From Octopus sinensis (taxonomy: Eukaryota), in NCBI RefSeq assembly GCF_006345805.1, contig NC_042999.1:143592001-143656000 (forward strand): 64,000 bases of DNA, in the 5' to 3' direction. Numbering within the stretch: position 1 is the first letter of the stretch; each line of letters starts with the position of its first letter. Below are positions 1 through 8,889 of the stretch, piece after piece. The notes beneath the pieces were generated by a model, which saw nothing but the letters and a program-made list of their open reading frames with translations, ran no database searches and was not told the origin of the DNA. The position numbers were made by a program, and so were the translations under genes.

Positions 1-14
1 TGATTTTGATTTTG

Positions 15-17
<3 letters not shown>

Positions 18-63
<46 letters not shown>
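18..63. repeat. (TA)n microsatellite
   Basis: Uninterrupted TA dinucleotide run. Confidence 0.95.
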
Positions 64-69
<6 letters not shown>

Positions 70-75
70 CATACA

Positions 76-1344
76 CAGACATGCAGGAAGTAAATAGACA
101 CCTTTAATTTTCAAAATCTTTTATTTAATATGCAAAGTGAACAATTGAAATGTAATTGATAGGTAGGACTACATACATTAGTATTTAGTTGACTTTCCCT
201 TTGCAGTTTTTAATTCAGAAACTCTTTTTGGGATAGAATTGATGAGCTTTGTAATTGTCTTGGAATTTCTGCCCACTTTTCATGCAACAATCGAAACAAT
301 TCATCTTTAGATTTAGGTTTCTGTTGAGTTTTTCATATAGCTCTATCTAGTATACTCCAAAGATTTTCAATTGGGTTAATGTCAGGAGATTGGCTCGGCC
401 AAGGAAGCCTTTTGATCCTATTTTCAGTCAACAATTGTTGATTCCTTTTCGCTGTGTGGCATGGAGCCCCACCTTCCATGAATAAAATCTTATTTCTCAT
501 TATGTTATCGTGTGAATACATTGGAAGCAGTCCTTGCTTAAGTATTTCGATGTATTTTTCAGAGTTTATGGTTCCAACACATTCGATCAGCTCAGAATGA
601 CCATTGCTGGTGACAGTTCCCCATACCATTACAAAGATACTGCCATGTTTCACAGTTGGTTGGTGTTGTTTCAAATCAAATTCTTGATTGGGAAGCCTCC
701 AGACCCAAACATGTCCACTGTCTGAAAATAATGCAAATCTGGATAATTCTGAGAAAATTGCTCCAACTCAAAATGAACTGGATTTTTCTGACATCTCCTC
801 AGCCCATTTCTTTCTTTTCATGATATTAATTGGTTGAAGGAGAGGTTTTCTTCTAGCTGCTCGTCCATAATACCTAAGCTTATGCAGATAAATAACACAT
901 GTTCTTGGACTAACTTCTATCTGTTTTGCAATGTCAGCAGCCTTCGAACAAGGTTCATTTTCCACAATTCTCTTCAAACAGTGTAGCTTCCTTTCCGAGG
1001 GCCCAGGTTAGCCAGGACAAGAATCTGTTGATTCTTTTCCCTGGCTTTTGAATTGCACTATAATTCTATTAACAGTAGCAAGAGGAATTTGATGATTTTC
1101 GGCAATTTTTCGCTGGCTAAGACCAGCCTCAGATTGCCCAACAATATGACCTCTTTGAAAATCCGACAGTTCTGCTGAATTTTTTGAGCATGGCATGGTT
1201 ACTCTTCGCAAATATTTAATATAATGGCACCTGGAATGAAAAAGAATAATTACATTGTTAATTCTATACTGCTGAAAACATATTAAGATGCTTAGATCAG
1301 AAATTTTGAAAATTAAAGGTGTCTATTTACTTCCTGCATGTCTG
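76..1344 (-). mobile_element. Tc1-family DNA transposon, full length, with disrupted transposase
   Basis: Perfect 42-bp TIRs (76-117 CAGACATGCAGGAAGTAAATAGACACCTTTAATTTTCAAAAT and its reverse complement at 1303-1344), with TA after the right end. Minus-strand fragments [20 protein letters not shown] (HTH), YYGRAARRKPLL, TVKHG..VMVWG and WPSQSPDINPIENLW are hallmark Tc1 motifs. Confidence 0.95.
180..1196 (-). pseudogene. Tc1 transposase pseudogene (stops/frameshifts)
   Basis: Split over ORFs 1008-1211, 768-977 and 333-674. The second catalytic Asp motif (QDNAPCH) reads EGGAPCH. Confidence 0.88.
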
Positions 1345-1347
1345 TAA

Positions 1348-1937
1348 ATTGAAAGGTATAATGAATAAATGCTCCAATTGGTCAAAAAATATAGATAAAC
1401 ATTAAAACAATAGGGCATCCAATGGCAAAACCAATAGTATAAAATATACACATATACACAAATGAAAGGTGATGAAACCTAAAAGGGTAATACGAGTGAA
1501 ATCGAATGAAGAAAAATAATTGTAATAAATTAATGCATAATAAAGACAACTAATGATGTGAAGCAGCATCCTTTGAAATGATTGTAGAGATGGGCTTGAA
1601 TGGACTCTGTTCTGGTTACCTTACACTTTATTTTTTATGTTTATATTTTTGTATTTTTATATAATTATCTTATTTTAATTCCATTGTCTTAAATTTTTAG
1701 TCGCTTTTATTATGCATTAATTTATTGCATTTATTTTTCGTCATTTTACTTTACTTGAATTACCCTTTTAGGTTGCATCACCTTTTATTCGTGTATATGT
1801 GTATATTTTATACTGTTGGGTTTTACTATTGGGTGCCCTATCATTTTAATATATATTTATATTCAAATTTTGATAATTTGGGATTGATATAAAGTTGTTT
1901 TGACCGATTGGAGTGTTTATTCATTATACCTTTCAAT
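1348..1937. repeat. Foldback element: ~205-bp imperfect inverted arms (1348-1553 / 1697-1937)
   Basis: ATTGAAAGGTATAATGAATAAA...ACAACTAA is mirrored by TTAGTCGCTTTT...TTTATTCATTATACCTTTCAAT. The right arm carries a small insertion. Confidence 0.85.
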
Positions 1938-2316
1938 ATATTTCTCCTTTTGCCTCTGTGTCACCTGGGAACTTCCAGCTGCAGTCCTATTTTCATTTTT
2001 GTTTTTCGTTTTAACGAAATTGCTTTTTGATTTAATGAAATTATAGAATTATCCTCTTATACACACACATATATATTTGAAAAAATGAGAAGAGATGACT
2101 TTTTTTGGTGGGATGATTTTTATTTTATCTTAATAATAAAGTTTACAGTGAGTTACTCTGATATGAGCTTCGAGCTTCAAGTATTTTCAAATTGAAAAAT
2201 GCATGTTTTACTGGTTGCTTAAAATAGCAAAAGAATTTTTCTTATAAGCATACATACAATATATATTTATTTATATATATATGTACAATATATAATATAA
2301 TATAATATATATATAT

Positions 2317-2679
2317 AAATCACAATAAAGATAAGACTAATAGTAATTGAGAACAGTGGGGAGGAGAGTTAAGTCCATCAAGAATAAAGAAATGGAATAT
2401 TTTGGAGTGGTCAATATTGTTCTTGTCAAAAGATATGTTTGTATATGTATAGATATATAGTTATATATAGATATATGTATATGTGTGTGTATATATGTGT
2501 ACACCATACTACCTGTGAGAACTGAATAGGTGACCTCAAATCAATAGGCACCATATAGGTCATCTTTTGACAAGAACAATATTGGCCACTCTAAAATATT
2601 CCATTTCTTTATTCTTGATGAACTTAACTCTCCACCCCACTGTTTTCAATTACTATTAGTCTTATCTTTATTTTGATTT
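2317..2679. repeat. Inner foldback: ~118-bp inverted arms (2317-2434 / 2562-2679)
   Basis: AATAAAGATAAGACTAATAGTAATTG...TTGTTCTTGTCAAAAGAT vs ATCTTTTGACAAGAACAA...CAATTACTATTAGTCTTATCTTTATT. Confidence 0.88.
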
Positions 2680-2802
2680 TTATTTATATATTTATTTCTA
2701 GTTTTTTCTTTATTTCATTTACCTTTTTCTTCTTCTTATCCTTCTCTCTTCATTCTTGTTGTTGCTGTTCTTCTTCCTCCTAGTCATGTATGTATATATA
2801 CT

Positions 2803-3010
2803 CTTTACTCTCTTTTACTCTTTTACTTGTTTCAGTCATTTGACTGCGGCCATGCTGGAGCACCGCCTTTAGTCAAGCAAATCGACCCCGAGACATATTC
2901 TTTGTAAGCCCAGTACTTATTCTATCGGTCTCTTTTGCCGAACCGCTAAGTGATGGGGACGTAAACACACCAGCATCGGTTGTCAAGCAATGCTAGGGGT
3001 ACAAACACAG

Positions 3011-3041
<31 letters not shown>

Positions 3042-3238
3042 CATATATACGACAGGCTTCTTTCAGTTTCTGTCTACCAAATCCACTCACAAGGCATTGG
3101 TCGGCGCGAGGCTATAGCAGAAGACACTTGCCCAAGATGCCATGCAGTGGGACTGAACTCGGAACCATGTGGTTGGTTAGCAAGCTACTTACCACACAGC
3201 CACTCCTGTGCCTACCCACACAGCCACTCCTGCGCCTA
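2803..3238 (-). mobile_element. tRNA-derived SINE family A (octopus OR-like), full length
   Basis: Minus strand starts GGCGCAGGAGTGGCTGTGTGG with A/B-box-like motifs, has an internal (TA)/(CA) microsatellite and an (AAAGAGT)n-like tail. Homologous copies occur at 8332 and 35785. Confidence 0.85.
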
Positions 3239-3299
3239 CATACTCACACACACACACACACATATATATATATGTATGTATGTATTTTTTGCCAGACTT

Positions 3300-3493
3300 G
3301 TCTGGCATCTGTGCCGGTGGCACGTAAAAAGCACCCACTACACTCACGGAGTGGTTGGCGTTAGGAAGGGCATCCAGCCGTAGAAACATTGCCAGATCAG
3401 ACTGGGCTTGGTGCAGCCTTCTGGCTTCCCAGACCCTAGTTGAACCGTCCAACCCATGCTAGCATGGAAAGCGGATGCTAAACGATGATGATG
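3300..3493 (+). mobile_element. RTE-LINE 3' end / RTE-derived short repeat with (GAT)n tail
   Basis: GGTTGGCGTTAGGAAGGGCATCCAGC...CATGGAAAGCGGATGCTAAACGATGATGAT. The same sequence terminates the RTE RT fragment at 48805-50147. Confidence 0.8.
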
Positions 3494-3524
<31 letters not shown>

Positions 3525-3759
3525 GTGTGTGTGTGTATACTTGTAAGAAAAATCTTTTGCTATTTAAGCAACCAGTAAAACATACATTTTTCAGTTTGAA
3601 AACACCTACTTGAAGCTCGAAACTCTTATCAGAGTAACTCAATGTAAACATTAAGATTAAAATAAAAATTATCCGCCCCTCCCCAAGCCATCTCTACTAA
3701 TTTTTTTTTCAAATATATATATAATACTGTACCATGAACTTTTCTTTTATTATTCTACT

Positions 3760-3960
3760 ATGTGTGTGTGTCACCACCGCTGACAACCGGTGTTGACGTG
3801 TTTATGTCCCTGTAACTTAGCAGTTCGGCAAAAGAAACCGATAGAATAAGTACCAGACTTTAGAAAAAGTATTGGGTTCGATTCAATCTACTAAAAAATT
3901 CTCTGAGATGCTCCAGCATGGCCGCAGTCTAATGACTGAAACAAGTAAAAAATAAAAGAG
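3760..3960 (+). mobile_element. SINE family A, 3' half
   Basis: GTTCGGCAAAAGAAACCGATAGAATAAGTAC...CTCCAGCATGGCCGCAGTC..ATGACTGAAACAAGTAAAA matches the reverse complement of 2803-2990. Confidence 0.8.
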
Positions 3961-3979
3961 ATATACATATGTATATATC

Positions 3980-5600
3980 AGGAACCACGAAATACAACTG
4001 TTTCGTTTCGTTTCGTTTTTCCATTCGCGATTTTCAGCTACCATTATAAACACTCAAGTGTATTGCACGTGCATTAGCATGTGCTTGCCAACAAGTGGCT
4101 TCCACTATCAACGTTGCATCTCTTCCTTTCCCCCCACTCTCTCTCTTGTTTGTTTTGTCCTCGGTCACTGTTGCACACTCATTTTTTTTATTTTCTACAT
4201 TTCTGTCTTTTTTTTTAATGGAATTAATGATTCTCGACCCGTCTATCATTTCCAACGACTATTCAACAAAAACATTATCGGTACTCCCTCGAAGATAAAC
4301 AGTCATTTTTTTCTTCCCCCGTCGATGCTTCTTCTCTGGAAATACTCCGCAGCTGTACTGTGTTATGCGGGTCGCAGAAACATTTTAATGGTGTCTCCAA
4401 CTCCAAGTAAGTAAAGAAAAGAAAGGTAAAAAAAATAAGCTTTTACTCCTATTTTAAGTCCTCTGCATTTGGTGTTCAAAGTAATTGTTATTTTATATAT
4501 TTGAAAGATGCTTAAATGTATTATTATTTTATCTATTTAATTGTACAACTGGGTCAAATTTCCGGTACTAGTGGGATACAAGGGTCCCGAAATATTGTCT
4601 TAACGATACAAGGGGCCCGACCCGACTTCCGAAATATAGACTTAACGATGCAAGTTTTGTGTAACATGCAGTGTTATTGTTTAATAACGTAATGAATTTT
4701 AATAAAATATAAGCTATATGTTTCTCTTAAGTTTGTGACGGGCCGCCCAAAGCTGGTAAATATGACCTAGCCATGTGTGATATTAGGCCCTATATTTCGA
4801 ACTGCTCATAAAATACTTTCATTAGTCAATGTTTAATATAATACATAGACTGGGATATTGATAAGTATATGAAGTGTCATGATTTACTAACAAAACACTA
4901 GAAGGTAAAGTTGTCGAACGTAAACAAAACGAAAGGTACGATATAGAAACGACATTCTCCATTCATCCAATTTACAAATCACAAATTTACGTCAGTGACT
5001 ACTAAAATTAATTAAACTGAGTTAATAACTGTTTATGGTATATTTTAGAGACAAATAAGAAAAACAGCACACCTGAGAAATTTTATAGATATTCGTGAAG
5101 TCCATTCGTTTGGTGTAAATACGGTAAAATTTTACCGTAGTAAATATTGTATGAGGTTGCTGTGATTACTGAGACTAATGAGACTGAATTAATTAGTTTA
5201 TAGTATATTTTATAAACAATAAAAGGCGAAGGTAAAGAATACGCACACGTGCTGGTTAGGGTCTTTATTACGCTGAAAACGGGTGGTCAGTGTGTTCAGA
5301 AAGACTTTTTTTTTTTCAGATATTCGGGGATTTCAGTATAACAATTTGTTGGATAATTATTACCAAAGCGTCCTGCTTGTCTTTATCAGGAGTATGTCAT
5401 CTCAAAAGCGTAGGCTCATGCCAACTGGTCCACCTACCTCAACTCCTGTCTTGCCTGGTGACAAGTATAATTGGAAAATAATAGTAGTATAAATATTTTG
5501 ATTCGATTTGTTCGTCTTGTATGCAGTGGCCTAGGAACGAAATTTGCTTAGGGGGTGCAAACTCACGTCCAAAGTTTTTTTACAAACAAGGCCGATATTT
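3980..5600 (+). promoter_or_regulatory. CpG-retaining unique region; candidate FBXL15 promoter / first exon(s)
   Basis: Locally CpG-rich, non-repetitive sequence. Consensus donor CAA|GTAAGT at 4406/4407 and strong acceptor (T)11CAG at 5319. Confidence 0.5.
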
Positions 5601-5867
5601 TTTCAATCTTAATATCAAAACAAACACAGGTATAATAGTATTTTTAATTATTATGCATGGAAAAGGGCAATCGCTCAGATTGAGCCTCAGAATTGTTACT
5701 TTCGTTCATTCCTTTCAGTGAAAAACTTAGCTAGGATTTGGAAGTACGTGTTGTCAACTGTAAACACTCGTGTCGAGGTGGAAGAGGAGTGACAGAAGAC
5801 GTGTGTGTGTATATTTATATATGTACGTGTATATCAGATCTTGTATATATCTATGTAAAATTCGATA

Positions 5868-6512
5868 TCTTAGTATAAAACTGAGCATATGTGTCTCTCT
5901 GTGTGAATCCCTAGAACTCGAGAACCGATTTCATTCAAATTTTACACATGCCTTACTTAGAGTCCATGCAGTGCTACGAGCCCCCCCCCCAACTTCTTGC
6001 CTAATGCGAGCCCGCAGCAATCTCTTTATCTTTTACACTGTTGTCAAAAGTGAAACAGTAACATCTCTGTTTTAATGTGATTTACTTTGTTTTCATACTG
6101 AAACTATTATCTCACATATACAAACACACACACACACACACACACATATGCATGTATAGATGTGTATATACATCTGCATATATGTATGTATATAGATGTA
6201 TATGTATACATGCATATGCACATATATGTATGCATATATATAGGTATAGATGTATGTATATATATAATGTGTGTGTATACCCCCACCACCGCTTGACAAC
6301 CGATTTTGTTGTGTTTACATACACTGTAACTTAGCGGTTTGTAAAACACTCTGATAGAACAAGTACTAGGCTTACAAAGAATAAATAATAGTGTCGAGTT
6401 CTTCGACTAAAGCTGGTGCTCCAGCATGCCTGTAGTCACATGACTGAAACAAGTAAAACAAAAAAAAAAACTATGCCATTTAATTCCGAGCAACGCCGGG
6501 TATCTCTGCTAG
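5868..6512 (+). mobile_element. Non-autonomous Helitron-like element with nested SINE fragment
   Basis: 5' A|TC start (TCTTAGTATAAAACTGAG). 3' GC-rich hairpin CCGAGCAACGCCGGG shortly before the terminal CTAG|T at 6509-6513. A SINE A 3' half is nested at about 6280-6470. Confidence 0.65.
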
Positions 6513-6849
6513 TACATTACTAAAGATAAGTTTAACACATTAAATTAATGCATAACAGTTTCATTAATGGCACTAACTCTCACACACAGGATAGCAAAAA
6601 CAGTGTTGCATTGTGAGCTTGAGAAAAGCCTTGCTTATTTTTAATGCAAGTATTTTCTCAAAGTTTAAAATGTTTTTGTTATTGTGAGTGTGTGAATGAA
6701 TGCAAATACATAAAACAGAACATGTTCACACACCCTATTAGTTTTCTCTACCACTGCGGCACATCATCATCATCATCGTTTAGCGTCCGTTTTCCATGCT
6801 AGCATATGTTGGACGGTTCGAAGCCAGATGGCTTCATCAGGCCCACGTT

Positions 6850-7400
6850 AAAAGTAAATTGGTAAACCTTTCACTGAAACCAGTGAACGAAAGTGACAGT
6901 TCTGAGATTCAATCCGAGTGATTGCCTGGAAAAGTAATGATTCAAATCACTCTGAAAATTTTTCCATGCTCACTTGTTTTGGCAATGAAGTTTTCCAAGA
7001 GAATGTCTAAAGTCTTTTCATTGCATGAGATTTTATGTACATGCATTACAGCACTGTCTGACGATTTTACAGCATAATTTTGATCCCAGCTCAATATTTT
7101 GGCAACAAAAACATCCAGAATAACTGTTTTTAGTGTCTCCGAATTGTAGTCAGGAGAAAATCTTTGTGGACATCCTGGTTTTCAGAAACATAACAACAAT
7201 AACTGATCCATGTTCCATTCCAGAGCAATCACATATAATGCCAATAAACATAGAATCCTCAAACTTTTTTTCTGGTCTCATATAGGGTGTTATGGGCATA
7301 TACCTCTAAGATTTCACTTTGTATGGTATCAGATAGGAAATTAACTCGTTGTTTAAGCCACTGACTTACTTCTGCACCATCTTGTTAGGCAAGTTCTTTT
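6850..7400 (+). pseudogene. Highly degenerate piggyBac-like transposase remnant
   Basis: Broken motifs in the correct order resembling MSR.RF..I.RF.H (about 7003), GENLC(V)D (about 7153), M.PF..R..YNANK and LKLF (7210-7270). Confidence 0.4.
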
Positions 7401-7428
7401 ACAAAGTTTCCTGTGACACATTAACTTT

Positions 7429-7705
7429 GCCCACAGGCATATGGCATAAGTGGTTAAGAGCACTGGCTACTAACCACAAGATTCCGAGTTCGATTCCAAG
7501 CAATGACCTGAATAATAATGATAATAATAATCATATCAAAAAATACCTTAGGAATGAGAACCCAGGTTCGAAATTTTCCCAAGACACCTGATGAAGGCTG
7601 GAGGGTATATCAGCTGAAATGTCGTGTTAACAACAAACAAGATGACAAATATCCATCAAATGTAAATAATGTACCTAATTCCTCATCTCTTAAATATAGA
7701 ACATG
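7429..7705 (+). mobile_element. tRNA-headed SINE-like element carrying a hammerhead ribozyme
   Basis: Flanked by direct repeat TTAACTTT (7421-7428, 7706-7713). A box TGGCATAAGTGG at 7442-7453, B box GAGTTCGATTCC at 7486-7497, hammerhead core at 7583-7628. Confidence 0.75.
7583..7628 (+). ncRNA. Minimal type I hammerhead ribozyme
   Basis: Stem I GACAC/GUGUU; core CUGAUGA (7588-7594); stem II GGCUG-10nt-CAGCU; GAAA (7616-7619); loop-less stem III; GUC cleavage triplet (7621-7623). Confidence 0.7.
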
Positions 7706-8331
7706 TTAACTTTCTATATTTCTATTTCTTGTTCCTTGAAAGAAGGAACTAGAAACTTCTTTTATCTATTACTAAGGATTTCCTTAATTCTCTGATCATA
7801 GAAGTGCTAACAACTATTATCTTTCACTAAGTATATGTTCTTTAATTCTTTGGTGAACTAGTAACTACTAATATACTTTCTTAAAGGTACTCCTTAATTC
7901 TCTCTCTCCAAAGATGGAATAGTTGGCTTACATTGGAAATCTTTGCTCAGTGACATATAATCCACATGCTCAGCTATTCTAGAAACAACTAAGAAATTTT
8001 ATGTATTATTTCTTAATCACTTATTTACTATAACTACTCTGCAATTATTTTTGAATCATGAATTACATATTTTACTTGTTCACTTCACTTTCTAATATAT
8101 ATCAATCAGCTCAATGACGAACAACTTATAGCCATCTTTGATAGGGAGCTTCAACAACACCTTCGTTTCAGATGCTGTTCAAGCTGGAATTTTAGTGGTG
8201 AACCAACCTCAGCACTTATAGTTCATACCTATTACATTATGTCATTAGACACAGTTTTTTAAAAATATATATATATATACATTTCCACAAGGATGACACG
8301 CAAATTCTTGAAGCGTTCCATATTTTCTAGG

Positions 8332-8705
8332 AGCAGGCATGGCTGTATGATAAGAAGCTTGCTTCCCAACCACATGGTTCTGGCTCAGTCCCACTGCTTG
8401 GCACCTTGGGCAAGTGTCTTCTACTATAGCTTTGGGCTGACCAAATCCTTATGTATGGATTTGGGAGACGGAAACGGAAAGAAGCCTGTTGTATATATAT
8501 GTTTGTGTGTCTGTGTTTGTCCCCACCACCGTTACTTGACAACTGATGTTGGTGTGTTTATGTCCTTGTAACTTAGCAGTTCGGCAAAAGAGGTCAGTAG
8601 AATATGTACTAGGATTACAAGGAATAAGTACTGGGGTTGATTTGTTCGACTAAAAGTGGTGCTCCAGCATCGCCACAGTCAATTGTCTGAAACAAATAAA
8701 AAAAC
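8332..8705 (+). mobile_element. SINE family A, full length
   Basis: Colinear with the reverse complement of 2803-3238. An inverted partial copy follows at about 8710-8880. Confidence 0.85.
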
Positions 8706-8889
8706 ACACATACAACAGGCTTCATCTCCATTTATCAAATTCACTGACATGGCTTTGATTGACCCGAGGCTATAGTAGAAAACATTTGCCCAAGGTGCCG
8801 TGCAATGGGATTGAACCTTGAACCATGTAGTTGGGAGGCTTCAGTCATAGGACTGTAGCCATGGTGGAGCACCACTTTAATTTATTTTC

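Larger units (their letters stand above)
2071..3720. repeat. Outer foldback: ~185-bp inverted arms (2071-2257 / 3531-3720) enclosing other elements
   Basis: GAGTTACTCTGATATGAGCTTCGAGCTTCAAGT...TTTTACTGGTTGCTTAAAATAGCAAAAG vs CTTTTGCTATTTAAGCAACCAGTAAAAC...ACTTGAAGCTCGAAACTCTTATCAGAGTAACTC. Confidence 0.85.

Noticed and set aside
2990-3452. ORFs of 78-124 aa (and similar at 8293, 14195, 35787, 39386, 39864, 45901, 50043)
   Set aside because: Chance frames through SINE/RTE-tail repeats and microsatellites; the same pseudo-peptides (LDALPNANH, GWMPFL) recur wherever the repeat occurs.
3608-3642. Second hammerhead (GAAACTC...TCAGAGT) in a foldback arm
   Set aside because: No upstream CUGANGA core with a stem II on the same strand; at best a half motif.
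4575-4655. Short tandem duplication (GATACAAGGG.CCCGA...CTTAAC)
   Set aside because: Only about 2.3 imperfect units; no further structure supportable.
6077-6349. Four overlapping ORFs rich in Y/I/H/T/C/V
   Set aside because: Translation of (TA)/(CA)/(TG) microsatellite.
7436-7500. Functional tRNA gene
   Set aside because: No complete acceptor stem and an atypical anticodon loop; it is the head of a SINE-like element.
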